Shown here: in pieces, positions 21,175 through 32,170 of the stretch
Numbering within the stretch: position 1 is the first letter of the stretch
Layout of the letters: each line of letters opens with the position of its first letter
Source: an uncultured cyanobacterium
Lineage (GTDB): Bacteria > Cyanobacteriota > Cyanobacteriia > Cyanobacteriales > Microcystaceae
NCBI GenBank assembly: GCA_963807635.1
Contig: CAWEDJ010000067.1
Location: 32,001 to 96,000, forward strand
DNA length: 64,000 bases
Direction of reading: 5' to 3'
Notes under the pieces: generated by a model
What the model was told of the DNA's origin: nothing
Database searches by the model: none
Seen by the model: only the letters and a program-made list of their open reading frames with translations
Made by a program: the position numbers and the translations under genes

Positions 21175-21993
21175 TTAGGGAGCGTCATCCCATTCAGGCG
21201 TTAGAGTCCGAAAATTAAAGTTTTTCACATTAGGATGGCAGGTGACACAGGTTTTTGATGTCATATCGGGGGGCATCGTCACCCTGGGGTGTAGTGCTTT
21301 AAAATAACGAGATTTTTCGACATAAAGCGGAAGAGGAGAATCGGGCGGCAAAGGACGAGAAAAATTACTTAAATAATCCCAAATCAATAATTGGGTCAGC
21401 CGATTGTAATTAGGAATGACAACCCCAAAATGGTTATCGGGTTTGCGTAAAATTTCTCGCCAACTTTCCGTCGGTAAAACCTCTGGGGGAATGGCAATGT
21501 GGCAACTCGCGCAGGTTTCCATATAGGCTTGAAACCCAGGTTCATAACGAGTCGGAACGGGATCAACAGACATCGGCTGATTAGGCGCGATCGCGGGCGG
21601 ATTGTAGAGAAATTTTGTTTCTGAGGGAGAAGGCTGGGAGGAACTGGGGGAAGGTTTAGGAGAGGGCTTGGGGGAAGGACTAGCAGAAGGTTTGGGTGAG
21701 GGACTAGGAGAAGGCTTAGCAGAAGGTTTGGGGAAGGGTTTAGGTTTTTGGGATGCGCCCGATGGAGTCGGTTTGGGGGTAGGGGATTTTTTAGGAGTCG
21801 GTTTGGACTGGGGCTTTGGTGTGGTCGATTTTGGTGGCGTTGTCTGGGCAGAAATTAATGATGTTGAAGGAGAGTTACCAGACTTTTCTAATGCCGATGC
21901 CATGCCCCACCCCAATCCAATCGTCCAAAAACAAACAACCAAAAAGAGAATTAGGGTTAATAGCGATCGCGTCAATTTCTGCAATTTCAACAT
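21175..21993 (-). CDS. Membrane-anchored diheme cytochrome c with Pro/Ser/Lys-rich linker
   Basis: CASCH and CVTCH, P..LP.ESW...L...HFG; N-terminal TM helix. Confidence 0.8.
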   Translation of the reverse strand: MLKLQKLTRSLLTLILFLVVCFWTIGLGWGMASALEKSGNSPSTSLISAQTTPPKSTTPKPQSKPTPKKSPTPKPTPSGASQKPKPFPKPSAKPSPSPSPKPSASPSPKPSPKPSPSSSQPSPSETKFLYNPPAIAPNQPMSVDPVPTRYEPGFQAYMETCASCHIAIPPEVLPTESWREILRKPDNHFGVVIPNYNRLTQLLIWDYLSNFSRPLPPDSPLPLYVEKSRYFKALHPRVTMPPDMTSKTCVTCHPNVKNFNFRTLTPEWDDAP

Positions 21994-22003
21994 CAGTAAT
22001 TTT

Positions 22004-22924
22004 TTAAAGCTCAGTATTTTCAATAGGGACAGTCCGCAACAACCTTTCCACAATCGTTTTAGCTTGCTTTCCACTAGCGGTAATCAAACGATGGGACAAA
22101 ACATGGGGAGCCACAACCTTAATATCATCGGGAATCACATAATCCCGCTCCTCTAAAAAGGCTAAGGCTTGGGATGCTTTCTGTAAAGCCACCGCCCCCC
22201 TCGGACTGGCTCCGAGAATAATTTCATCATCAGTACGAGAAGTCCGCACCAGGTTGAGAATATATTGCTGTAACTCAGTAGTAATCTTAACTTGACTCAC
22301 TAGGCTTTGGAGATCTTTCACCGTCTCTAGGGAAATACAGGGTTTTAGATCATCCATTACCATCGGTTGTTGATGACGTTGGAGCATTTGCAGTTCTTCT
22401 GCTTCCGTCGGATAACCCAGGCTCAAGGAAACTGCAAACCGATCCATCTGGGCTTCTGGCAGAGGAAAGGTTCCCTGATATTCCACAGGATTCTGGGTAG
22501 CAATCACAAAAAACGGATAGGGGACAAAGCGCGTTTCCCCATCCACCGTGATTTGTTTTTCTTCCATCACTTCCAATAAAGCCGATTGGGTACGGGGCGT
22601 TGCTCGATTAATTTCATCCGCTAATAGCACATTGGCAAAGGCAGGGCCAGGCATAAACTCAAATTCGCGGGTACTAGGATTCCAAATATTGGTTCCTGTA
22701 ATATCGTTGGGTAATAGGTCAGGGGTACATTGCACCCGTTGAAAACGTCCATTAATCGATCGCGCGAGGGATTTGGCCAACAAGGTTTTTCCGACCCCAG
22801 GGACATCTTCTAACAAGGCATGACCACCGCTCAGGAGCGCGACAAGTACCAGACGGATCGCCTCCGATTTGCCGACAATGGTACGACTCAGGTTATCGGT
22901 CAGAATAGTAATTTGATCGCGCAT
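22004..22924 (-). CDS. MoxR-family AAA+ ATPase
   Basis: LLEDVPGVGKT, LADEINRATPRTQSALLEVMEE, ATQNP.E..GTFPLPEAQMDRF. Confidence 0.93.
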   Translation of the reverse strand: MRDQITILTDNLSRTIVGKSEAIRLVLVALLSGGHALLEDVPGVGKTLLAKSLARSINGRFQRVQCTPDLLPNDITGTNIWNPSTREFEFMPGPAFANVLLADEINRATPRTQSALLEVMEEKQITVDGETRFVPYPFFVIATQNPVEYQGTFPLPEAQMDRFAVSLSLGYPTEAEELQMLQRHQQPMVMDDLKPCISLETVKDLQSLVSQVKITTELQQYILNLVRTSRTDDEIILGASPRGAVALQKASQALAFLEERDYVIPDDIKVVAPHVLSHRLITASGKQAKTIVERLLRTVPIENTEL

Positions 22925-23023
22925 GGTGGTTAAGAATAAAATTGAAATTTCTAGCGAGAATATCCCGTTTAATTTAACAGGTATTACAGCTATCTTTCCC
23001 GATTTTGGGGATGGAATTTACAT

Positions 23024-23959
23024 TCATTGTGAAAGAATTTCTTGGGCCTGTTGACAATCTTTGCTGATCTGGGATTTAAGCTCATTGAGGGAAGAAAATT
23101 TTTGTTCGGGACGAAGAAAATCCCATAGTTGAACCGTCAGAGTTTGTTGGTATAAATCTTCTGACCAGCTGAATAAATGGACTTCCGCAATCACCTGATT
23201 TTGACCCAAAGTAGGACGATGACCAATATTCATCACTCCTGCTAAATCGCGGTGGGGAGAATCTTTAATAGAAACTCGCACGCCATACACGCCTAAGCGG
23301 GGCAGTAATTTATAGTCGGGAAGTTGCAAATTAGCTGTGGGAAAACCCAACGTTCTGCCTAATTTTTGGCCGTCCATGACCATGCCTTGCAAACTATAGG
23401 GTCGTCCTAACATCTGATTGGCTTGTTTTATCCTGCCTTCTGCTAGGGCTGTGCGAATGAGGGAACTACTGATGCGCTGTTCTTGTTCTGTTTTTAAGGG
23501 AGTGATCACAACTTCTACGTTAAATTGAGCGGCGATCGCGGATAAATCTTGGGCGGTTCCCTGACGCTGATAACCAAAGCGAAAATCTTGACCAACGGTT
23601 ATTTTCCTAGCGTTTAAATTTTGGACTAAAATTTTCTCTACAAATTCCTGGGGACTCAACTGGGCCAAGTCTTGCTCAAAGGGTAGTAAAACCAATTGCT
23701 GAATCCCTAGTTTTTCTAATTGCTCGACTTTTTCTTCGAGGGTCGTTAACAATAATTGAGCTTGACCACTGAAAAATTCACGGGGATGGGGACTAAAGCT
23801 AACCACTGTCGGATATAGCCTATTTTCTTCCTTATTCGTACCAGAAACCCCAATAATTTGACTTAAAACTTTTGCATGGCCCAAATGAACGCCGTCAAAG
23901 TTGCCGAGGGCGATCGCGTTAGGGCTTAAAATTTCCGTTGTTGATGATGGTATCCACAC
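23024..23959 (-). CDS. ribF: Bifunctional riboflavin kinase/FAD synthetase
   Basis: GNFDGVHLGH, ISSS.IR, GRTLGFPTAN. Confidence 0.95.
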   Translation of the reverse strand: MWIPSSTTEILSPNAIALGNFDGVHLGHAKVLSQIIGVSGTNKEENRLYPTVVSFSPHPREFFSGQAQLLLTTLEEKVEQLEKLGIQQLVLLPFEQDLAQLSPQEFVEKILVQNLNARKITVGQDFRFGYQRQGTAQDLSAIAAQFNVEVVITPLKTEQEQRISSSLIRTALAEGRIKQANQMLGRPYSLQGMVMDGQKLGRTLGFPTANLQLPDYKLLPRLGVYGVRVSIKDSPHRDLAGVMNIGHRPTLGQNQVIAEVHLFSWSEDLYQQTLTVQLWDFLRPEQKFSSLNELKSQISKDCQQAQEILSQ

Positions 23960-24012
23960 GCTTTACATTTTGACACAATTTGGGAGAAGTTCAACCCGTT
24001 CTAAGGAAACGA

Positions 24013-24252
24013 TTAACGACGGACGACTGCGCTAACAATAGTCGTAATGGTAGCGGTGGCCAACAGTCCAAAGGCTAGGTTAACAACCCATTGGGATGCT
24101 TGCTGATAGGCAGAAAAGCGAATCCCCTGTTCTTTACTTTCTTGTCGTAAATCTCTGATTGCTTCGGCATTTTGTTCGACTAAATGCTGAGTGCCTTTTA
24201 ATTCGTCTGCTAGTTTGTCTAGCATTTCATCTGTCCATCTTTCGGTTGTCAT
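24013..24252 (-). CDS. Small coiled-coil protein with C-terminal TM helix
   Basis: 79-aa ATG ORF in an otherwise empty gap, co-oriented with neighbours. Confidence 0.65.
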   Translation of the reverse strand: MTTERWTDEMLDKLADELKGTQHLVEQNAEAIRDLRQESKEQGIRFSAYQQASQWVVNLAFGLLATATITTIVSAVVRR

Positions 24253-24259
24253 AATTATT

Positions 24260-24286
24260 TAAGGACATAAACTATTATGTCCCTAC
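24260..24286 (-). repeat. GTAG-type REP-like palindrome
   Basis: Reverse complement GTAGGGACATAATAGTTTATGTCCTTA; close copy at 54876-54904. Confidence 0.6.
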
Positions 24287-24319
24287 CACTACTTTGATAT
24301 GCAATACGCAAAATTAGCC

Positions 24320-24979
24320 TTAGATCGTAACCCCTAAAGGGATCGGACAAGCAACATTGGTTCCGCCCAAACCACAATAGCCATTAGGATTTTTGGCTAA
24401 ATATTGTTGGTGATAATCCTCGGCATAATAAAATTCGGGAGCCTCTAAAATTTCCGTTGTAATAGTCGAATATCCCGATTTATTGAGAGCTTTTTGGTAA
24501 AGATCGCGAGAATCTTCGGCTAATTTCTTTTGTTCGGCTGAATAGGTATAAATCCCCGAACGATATTGGGTTCCTGTATCGTTGCCTTGACGCATTCCCT
24601 GGGTGGGATTATGGCTTTCCCAGAAAACTTTTAATAATTCGCCATAACTAATCACTTTGGGATCATAAACGACAAAGACAACTTCATTATGTCCCGTCAT
24701 CCCCGAACAAACTTCGTGATAGGTGGGATTGGGGGTATAACCTGCGGCATAACCCACTGAGGTCGAATAAACCCCTGGTAATTGCCAAAATTTTCGTTCT
24801 GCGCCCCAAAAACATCCTAAGCCAAACATTGCGGTTTGGTAGCCATCGGGAAAAGGCGGTTTGAGGGGATTTTTATTCACAAAATGGGAAGCAGGGACTT
24901 TCATCTCGGTTGTCCGTCCAGGAAGAGCTTCGTTGGGGCTGGGTAACGCGGCTTTTTTGCCAAATCCAAAGAGTGCCAT
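24320..24979 (-). CDS. msrA: Peptide methionine sulfoxide reductase A
   Basis: [29 protein letters not shown]. Confidence 0.96.
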   Translation of the reverse strand: MALFGFGKKAALPSPNEALPGRTTEMKVPASHFVNKNPLKPPFPDGYQTAMFGLGCFWGAERKFWQLPGVYSTSVGYAAGYTPNPTYHEVCSGMTGHNEVVFVVYDPKVISYGELLKVFWESHNPTQGMRQGNDTGTQYRSGIYTYSAEQKKLAEDSRDLYQKALNKSGYSTITTEILEAPEFYYAEDYHQQYLAKNPNGYCGLGGTNVACPIPLGVTI

Positions 24980-25090
24980 AGTGAGCTTGTCAAAGTAGAG
25001 AAGAAAGTTCTTTTCTAATATAACGAATCTTTAAGCTCTATCTGAATTTGAGGGGACTGTTTAAGATTGTTAAGATGGCGATCGCATTTT

Positions 25091-26027
25091 TCAAACAGGT
25101 TTCTGGGTAAATTGGCGCACTAGATCACAAAAATGGGCAATCGGGGGAATATTCAGGCGATCGCTGGCTGGTCACTAAAACCACTTGACGGGTGAAACCT
25201 TGTTTAAATTTTTGGGAATTTGCATTGGTTTCAGGCAATTCAGCTAGGGAGCGCACCGCTAAGGTGGGATCTTGACGAGCTTCTAAAAGAGCCGTTTGGG
25301 GTAAAAGGGCAATAATTTCACCTTGACGAACAACGCCGCGAAAGGCATCGAGGGTATTCAATTCCATCACAATTTTCAGGGAAATATCTTGATAATTAAA
25401 CCATTCCTGAACTAAACGCTGCATTCCGTAACCGTCTTTGAAAACGACCTGGGGATACTCCACCAACGCTGACCAGGGAACTTTTTCGTATTTCGCGAGG
25501 GGATGGGCCGCCGCCATTAAAATCTCAACCTGTTCTTCATAGAGTAATTCAACCGTCATATCAGGGCTAGAGGTCAAAAAGCGATTGTTCATGACGACGG
25601 CAACATCCACTAATCCGTCCCGTAAAACTTTCAAGGCGCGATCACTCCCCAGAGCGGTGACTCGTAACTGAATTTCGGGAAAATCTCGACAAAATTTCTG
25701 AAGAATCGGCGGTAAATAATGGGAACAGACGGAATGAATGGCGGCAATGCAAAGTTCGGGTTGTTTTCCCGCTTGCAGATCGGCAATTTCTTGACTGGCC
25801 GTTTCCCATTCCTGACAAATTTTACGGGCGCGGGGTAAGAGTTTTTCGCCTGCAACAGTTAATTTTGCCTGGGCTGTGCGATGGAAGAGGGGAAATCCCA
25901 AATCACTTTCCAATGATTGGATCTGCCGACTCACCGTTGATTGGGTAATGCCACATTTACGGGCAGCCTGACCAAAATTTCCACTTTCTGCGATCGCCAA
26001 AAATGCTTGTAACTGCTCAATCCGCAT
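25091..26027 (-). CDS. ntcB: LysR-type nitrate assimilation activator NtcB; frameshift at about 25165 near the C-terminus
   Basis: MRIEQLQAFLAIAE.G.F.QAARKCG.TQST; RVTALGSDRALKVL; DRLNIPPIAHF tail in the adjacent frame; NtcA promoter upstream. Confidence 0.85.
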
Positions 26028-26067
26028 TGATCTTGCTTTTCCGATTACATTATTTCATCAAGTTTTG

Positions 26068-26109
26068 ACAATAACGAATTTCTCTCAAGGGTTTAGTAGA
26101 AATTGATAC
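26068..26109 (-). promoter_or_regulatory. Canonical NtcA-activated promoter of ntcB
   Basis: Minus strand GTA-TCAATTTC-TAC (26109-26096), 22-nt spacer, then TATTGT (TAN3T -10). Confidence 0.8.
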
Positions 26110-26213
26110 AACATGACAAGGTTAAGCTCAGGAATTTCAAGGTTGTCAACCATGGAATAAAGAAAGATCCCAGCATTGCTATAGTGAAGAAGGCTTAAAA
26201 ATTTATAAAACCC

Positions 26214-27296
26214 ATGTCATTGATTCGACTACCCTCACCAGAACTGATTCGAGATTGTGTCCGCCAAGCTTCCAGTTACGTCCCTGGGGAACAGCCCCAA
26301 ACAACGGATTTCATTAAACTCAACACTAATGAAAATCCCTACGCCCCTCCTGTCCAAATTTTTGAGAATTTACAACAAGATTTAGCTAAAGTTCGGCTGT
26401 ATCCCGATCCCGTTGCGACTCAATTACGAAAAGCCGCCGCTAGGGTTTGGGATCTTTCCGTCGATCAAATTCTGGCGGGTAATGGCTCTGACGATATTCT
26501 GAATATTGCTCTGCGGACGTTTGTAAATCCTGGGGAAGTTGTTGCATTTCTCGATTTAACCTATTCGCTTTATCAAACGATCGCCACTGTTCATGGCGTA
26601 GTTATCAAAAAAATCCCGTTAAATGAAAAATTTGAACTAACGGGACCTGTGATTTGTCCAGAAGCAAAATTGATTTTTCTAGCTTCTCCCAATGCGCCCG
26701 TCGGTAAACACTTAAACCGAGAATTTCTAGCCCAAACCTGCGCCCAAGCCAAGGGAATAGTCTTAATTGATGAAGCCTATATTGACTTTTCCGATGAGGA
26801 TCACTGGGATTTTCTGACCCAATTTGATAATGTGATTATTTCTCGGACGCTTTCTAAAAGTTATAGTTTAGCGGGAATGCGAGTCGGTTTTGGTATTAGT
26901 TCCCCCGCGTTGATTCAAGAAATGGACAAAGTGCGGGATTCCTACAATTTAGACCGTTTAGCGCAAAGTTTAGGGACAGCCGCTCTAGAGGCAACTGAGG
27001 ATTTTAAACCCATTTGGCAACAGGTTCGTCAAACTCGCGATCGCTTAAGCACAGAATTACGAAAACTCGATTTTGAGGTCTGTGAATCCGATTCTAACTT
27101 TGTCCTAGCGTCTCCTCAGTGGATTGGGGCATCGGAACTCTATCAACAATTAAAAGCGCGTAAAATTTTAGTCCGTTATTTTAGCCATCCCCGTATTACC
27201 AACTATGTTCGTATTTCCATTGGTACGGATGCAGAGATTGATCAATTATTAGTTGTCATGAAAGCGATTAAAACTGAATTATCCCCCACTAACTAA
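26214..27296 (+). CDS. hisC: Histidinol-phosphate aminotransferase
   Basis: IKLNTNENPY, GNGSDDI, DEAY, RTLSKSYSLAGMRVG. Confidence 0.92.
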   Translation: MSLIRLPSPELIRDCVRQASSYVPGEQPQTTDFIKLNTNENPYAPPVQIFENLQQDLAKVRLYPDPVATQLRKAAARVWDLSVDQILAGNGSDDILNIALRTFVNPGEVVAFLDLTYSLYQTIATVHGVVIKKIPLNEKFELTGPVICPEAKLIFLASPNAPVGKHLNREFLAQTCAQAKGIVLIDEAYIDFSDEDHWDFLTQFDNVIISRTLSKSYSLAGMRVGFGISSPALIQEMDKVRDSYNLDRLAQSLGTAALEATEDFKPIWQQVRQTRDRLSTELRKLDFEVCESDSNFVLASPQWIGASELYQQLKARKILVRYFSHPRITNYVRISIGTDAEIDQLLVVMKAIKTELSPTN

Positions 27297-27428
27297 GCTG
27301 TCACAAATTGAGATTGCCTCATGATTTTGCTGACATTTTTGTGAAAACGAGCTTAAGCCCCCTTGCTTGTATGTGTTTTAAATAATTAACAGTTTCACCC
27401 GCCTTCATGCTAAATTTTAGGAAAAAAA

Positions 27429-28208
27429 CTATTCAGGAAAATCCACATTGACAATTTGCTTGTCTTGATTAAAGAAAATAAACAAATTGTCAGTTACTTT
27501 TTCAAACTGAATCTCCATAATCACCACATTTGGCGCCGACATTGTGCCGCCTGGTTGGTGTTGAATCGCTAGGATTTTTTGGAATGGGCCAGTCCGTTTA
27601 AGGAGGTTTGTCCAGCTTTTTTCAATATTTTCAGCAAAAAATTCTGTTTTGAGCGCAGGACTCAAATAACCTCTGGCACGAGCATAATCTTTAGCGACGA
27701 TATCATTGACAAATGCCTCAGCAATTTTCTCAACACTTTTATTAAAAGGCCAATTGACCGCGATCACTTCTTGCTTTTTATTAAAAGTAACCAAAATATT
27801 CTCAGATCCTTTGGCAAATTGAGTGGTCACCTTTACTACATCAGCATTAATAATATCGATCGCCTTAGAACGGATTACTTTTTGAAAGGGCCCAAACTGA
27901 CTAATGACTTCTGCTTCCCAGAGAGCTTGAATTTGTTCGGGTGTCCAATTTTTTTGTAGTTTTTTTGCTAAAATTGCTCTGGCTTGGCTAGACTTATTTT
28001 TCCCTAGTAATTCGATAAATTCTTCAGCTTGTTTCTTAATATCTTGTTTCTGGGTATCTGTTAAAGTCTGAGCAATTTCTACCTGAGTAACTTGAGATTG
28101 AGCTTGAAGGGGAAAAATAGCAGAAGCCACAAGAATAGCTAGAAATAAGCTTGATGAATTGATTTTTCCGTATTTTTGAGTAAATAAACGTAATTGATTG
28201 ATGAACAT
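27429..28208 (-). CDS. Secreted protein with two DUF3887-like repeats
   Basis: Signal peptide; duplicated AE.F...L....AR..L...L....I...W....GPFQK module. Confidence 0.75.
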   Translation of the reverse strand: MFINQLRLFTQKYGKINSSSLFLAILVASAIFPLQAQSQVTQVEIAQTLTDTQKQDIKKQAEEFIELLGKNKSSQARAILAKKLQKNWTPEQIQALWEAEVISQFGPFQKVIRSKAIDIINADVVKVTTQFAKGSENILVTFNKKQEVIAVNWPFNKSVEKIAEAFVNDIVAKDYARARGYLSPALKTEFFAENIEKSWTNLLKRTGPFQKILAIQHQPGGTMSAPNVVIMEIQFEKVTDNLFIFFNQDKQIVNVDFPE

Positions 28209-28391
28209 TAAGTCACTCCTTAACCAATAAATTCTTCTCTTTAGTGTAAGAGATAAGAGTCACAGCGTTATCGTTATGTAACGGGGCTTTTGCTATGATA
28301 ACAAGGGGCTATGCCGTTGATGAAGTATTTGCTTAAATCGCCTACCCTCAAATCCCATCCTTTTAAATTCGATAGAAGTAGAGAGACTAGA

Positions 28392-30089
28392 ATGCTACGA
28401 CTGGAACACATTAGTAAAATTTATCCGACGGGCGAGGTCTTGAAGGATGTCACTTGGGAAGTCAAAACGGGCGATCGCATTGGACTCGTTGGGGTCAACG
28501 GTGCGGGAAAGTCCACTCAATTAAAAATAATCATGGGGGATATCGAGCCGACCTCTGGAGAAATTATTCGGCCAGCAAGTTTACATATTGGTTATCTGAC
28601 CCAGGAATTTGAAGTAGATCCCAGTCGCACGGTACGGGAAGAATTTTGGATGGTTTTTGAAGAAGCCAATCAGGTGCATCATCGTCTGAATCAAATTCAC
28701 CACGACATGGAAGCGGCCGATCCTGAAACCTTAGATAAATTAATCCATGAATTAGATGATTTACAGCGTAAATTTGAAGCCCTCGATGGTTACGGCCTAG
28801 ATACTCGCATTGAAAAAATCATGCCTGAAATGGGGTTTGACCTCGAAGACGGCGATCGTCTAGTCAGTGCCTTTAGTGGTGGTTGGCAGATGCGGATGAG
28901 TTTGGGGAAAATTTTATTGCAAAAACCCGATATCTTACTATTGGATGAACCGACTAACCATCTAGATTTAGAAACCATTGAATGGTTAGAAAAATACCTC
29001 AAAGGACTCAATACGCCAATGGTGATTGTCTCCCATGACCGAGAATTTTTAGACCGTTTGTGTAACCAAATTGTGGAAACTGAGCGCGGAGTTTCTACTA
29101 CCTATTTAGGGAATTATTCCACCTATTTACAACAAAAACAAGAACTTCAGGAAGCTCAACTGAGTGCCTACGAACGGCAACAAAAAGAATTAGAAAAACA
29201 ACAGGTTTTTGTCGATCGCTTTCGGGCCAGCGCGACCCGTAGTACCCAGGCAAAAAGTCGAGAAAAACAATTAGATAAAGTTGAGCGTATCGAAGCCCCT
29301 ACAAGTTCTGTCCGTTCTCTTCATTTTCGTTTTCCTCCTTCTTCTCGGAGTGGCAGGGAAGTCGTGACCATCCAGAATTTGGTTCATAGTTATGGCGATA
29401 AAATTCTTTTCTTGGATGCAGAATTATTAGTCGAACGTGGCGATCGCATTGCTTTTCTAGGCCCAAATGGTGCAGGAAAATCGACGCTCTTACGCTTAAT
29501 TATGGGCATGGAAACTCCTAGTGAAGGAATTGCGGAAATTGGGAAACATAATGTGATTTCTGGCTATTTTGAGCAGAATCAAGCCGAAGCGTTAGATCTT
29601 AATAAAACTGTTCTGGACACTATTCACGATGAAGTTCCTGAGTGGAAAAATGAAGAAGTTCGTACCCTCTTAGGACGTTTTTTATTTAGTGGAGAAACAG
29701 TTTTCAAAAAAGTTGAATCCTTAAGTGGAGGAGAAAAAGCTCGATTAGCCCTAGCAAAAATGTTACTCCAACCTGCTAATTTACTCATTTTAGATGAGCC
29801 GACTAATCACCTTGATATTCCCGCCAAGGAGATGCTAGAAGAAGCTCTGCAAAATTATGACGGAACAGTCTTAATTGTTTCCCATGATCGTTATTTTATT
29901 TCCCAAGCGGCGAATAAAATTGTGGAAATTCGGGATGGAGAGTTAATTCTTTATCGCGGAGATTACCATTATTATTTAGATAAAATTGAGGAAGAAAAAC
30001 AAAAAGCAGAACAAGAACGCATTGTCGCCGAACAAGCTGCTAAGTCTGCCGCTAAAAAGGCGAAACAAAAGGCTAAAAAAGGAAAATAA
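28392..30089 (+). CDS. ABC-F family ATPase
   Basis: Two NBDs (G.NGAGKST, SGG, LDEPTNHLD), no TM domain. Confidence 0.93.
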   Translation: MLRLEHISKIYPTGEVLKDVTWEVKTGDRIGLVGVNGAGKSTQLKIIMGDIEPTSGEIIRPASLHIGYLTQEFEVDPSRTVREEFWMVFEEANQVHHRLNQIHHDMEAADPETLDKLIHELDDLQRKFEALDGYGLDTRIEKIMPEMGFDLEDGDRLVSAFSGGWQMRMSLGKILLQKPDILLLDEPTNHLDLETIEWLEKYLKGLNTPMVIVSHDREFLDRLCNQIVETERGVSTTYLGNYSTYLQQKQELQEAQLSAYERQQKELEKQQVFVDRFRASATRSTQAKSREKQLDKVERIEAPTSSVRSLHFRFPPSSRSGREVVTIQNLVHSYGDKILFLDAELLVERGDRIAFLGPNGAGKSTLLRLIMGMETPSEGIAEIGKHNVISGYFEQNQAEALDLNKTVLDTIHDEVPEWKNEEVRTLLGRFLFSGETVFKKVESLSGGEKARLALAKMLLQPANLLILDEPTNHLDIPAKEMLEEALQNYDGTVLIVSHDRYFISQAANKIVEIRDGELILYRGDYHYYLDKIEEEKQKAEQERIVAEQAAKSAAKKAKQKAKKGK

Positions 30090-30325
30090 GGGGTACTGAT
30101 TCAGTCTAATTGTTAGGCTGAAATCCTTACCTGATAAGGGATAAACAGAGAACACGAAGTTGAAGAAGCTCTTCCCAAGGATGCAGTTTCTTTCTCAAAG
30201 ATATTGAGTTGACCTTCACCTTTTACCAATTTGATGACTCTTTACACCGACATCTTCGCCCGACTAACCATCACTAACCATAGGGATCTGTGGGCGATCG
30301 CGAAATATTCAAGGTCAATCGTATT

Positions 30326-32170
30326 TTATCGAACAGGGGTACGATGCAATAACAAAAAGGTTTTAGCTTCTTCTCCTTTCATGGGTTTACTAAACCGATA
30401 TCCCTGCATCAAAAAACAGCTTAGATTTTCTAAAATATCGGTTTGTGATTGTGTTTCCACTCCTTTTGCAATTACCTGAATATTAAGATTTTTTCCCAAA
30501 TTGATAAAGGTTGTCATTATTTTGATCGCCTGGGGATTATCTTCCAACTTCGTAATAAAAGATTGATCAACTTTAATTTTTTTAATCGGAAGTTCGATCA
30601 AATAACGAATAGAAGCATAATGTTTACCAAAATCATCCAGACAAAAACTAACGCCTAGCTGGTCTAAAGATCGAATAATTTTTTGAGCATCTTCTATGTG
30701 ATGAAGCAGAAAAGATTCTGAGATTTCAAACTCCAGCCAACGTGAATCCAGTTGGGTTTCTGTTAAAATTTCTTCTAGTAATCGAGGAAGATTTGGATGA
30801 TAAAATTGCTTCTCTGATAAGTTCACAGACATGACCAAAGGAGAAATTCCTGCTTGTTGCCATCTCACATTTTGATTACAGGCTTCTGTTAAAATCCAAC
30901 GATTTAGGGGATCGGTCAATTCTGTTTTATCTGCCCAGGGAAGAAATTTCTCTGGTGTTATCAAACCTTTCTGGGGATGATGCCAACGAACAAACGCTTC
31001 GATCGCTTCTACCCCCCCTGTTTGTAGATTAATTTGAGGTTGGTAATAAAGATCTAATTCTTCGTATTTGATTGCCCGATGCAAACGTTTTTCTACCTGC
31101 GATCGGCGATTAGACAATTCAAGGGAAGAAGACGGAACGGATTGAGATTCTAACTTTGCTTGGGTTAGACGGGATTGTAAAAGATTCAGAATTTTTTGAC
31201 TATCATTAGCATCCTGGGGATAAACTGCAACGGCATGATGGGTTTGAATATGGATTCGCTCCCCGTTAATCGTCATATTCTGATGAATGGTTGAAAGAAT
31301 ACGCTGAACGATCGCAGTGGAATTTTCAATATTCTGAATTTGGGGTAATAAAATACTCACTTGGGAATCTCCCCAACGAGCAACAATATCTCCATTTCGT
31401 AAACGATTTTGAATACTTTTACCAATATTTTTCAGAATCTTATCTGCCCATTCTTTTTGAGCATCATGATGTGTGCCAGAAAAAAGATCCAAGTCAACTA
31501 ATAAAACTGCAACATGATATTGATATCGTTTTGCATTAGAAACTGCGATGTAAAGATATTCATTAAACAGGGTTTGATTGGGTAATCCTGTTACAGCGTC
31601 TAAATAGGAATAGTCCGCGAAGGTATCCTCATTATCGCTAGTTTTCTTGACATCCGTATCATCTTCTGAGAGGATTAGTGTTTTTTTTGCCTGTATATTT
31701 TCATCGGAGGAATATTGTTTATTCTCTTCTGACTCAGAATTTCCTTCCGAATTTAAACCCGATGTAAAAGTTGCACTGTCTCTTCTTCCCATATGATGGT
31801 AACTAGCATTTACGTCACAACCAAAATTAATTAAATCACCATCTTTTAACTCATGAACAAGACACTTTTCTCCGTTAACAAAAATACCATTTTGGCTTTT
31901 ATTTCCTTCTAAATCTCCATCAACAATTAGATAGGTAAATTGATTTAATTTAGTATTAAATTTGCGGACAAAGGTGGCATGATGTCGTGATAATTGACGA
32001 GAATTAATTTGAATCGAGTTGCTGGAATGGCGGCCCATCGTATAATTTGCTTCGTCTAAAATAATTGTTCTACGACTCGCTTGATCTTCGACGACTAAAA
32101 TATGTTGAATTAGGGGGACACCATTCATTATTCCACTATTTTCACCTGGCATTTTAGTTCTTCCTATCAA
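30326..32170 (-). CDS. FHA-GGDEF-EAL protein, degenerate active sites
   Basis: GRHSSN...SRHHA...SQNGIFVNG (FHA); RWGDSQV; EAF, DDFGKHY, AKGVET. Confidence 0.88.
   Translation of the reverse strand: MIGRTKMPGENSGIMNGVPLIQHILVVEDQASRRTIILDEANYTMGRHSSNSIQINSRQLSRHHATFVRKFNTKLNQFTYLIVDGDLEGNKSQNGIFVNGEKCLVHELKDGDLINFGCDVNASYHHMGRRDSATFTSGLNSEGNSESEENKQYSSDENIQAKKTLILSEDDTDVKKTSDNEDTFADYSYLDAVTGLPNQTLFNEYLYIAVSNAKRYQYHVAVLLVDLDLFSGTHHDAQKEWADKILKNIGKSIQNRLRNGDIVARWGDSQVSILLPQIQNIENSTAIVQRILSTIHQNMTINGERIHIQTHHAVAVYPQDANDSQKILNLLQSRLTQAKLESQSVPSSSLELSNRRSQVEKRLHRAIKYEELDLYYQPQINLQTGGVEAIEAFVRWHHPQKGLITPEKFLPWADKTELTDPLNRWILTEACNQNVRWQQAGISPLVMSVNLSEKQFYHPNLPRLLEEILTETQLDSRWLEFEISESFLLHHIEDAQKIIRSLDQLGVSFCLDDFGKHYASIRYLIELPIKKIKVDQSFITKLEDNPQAIKIMTTFINLGKNLNIQVIAKGVETQSQTDILENLSCFLMQGYRFSKPMKGEEAKTFLLLHRTPVR

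Noticed and set aside
21668..22156. 162-aa plus-strand ORF with GEGL repeats
   Set aside because: Antisense shadow of the Pro/Ser-rich linker of the cytochrome gene
30090..30300. Possible IS remnant or ncRNA between ABC-F and the FHA-EAL gene
   Set aside because: Only a short hairpin and an AAATCCTT..AAGG palindrome; no paired TIRs or transposase trace
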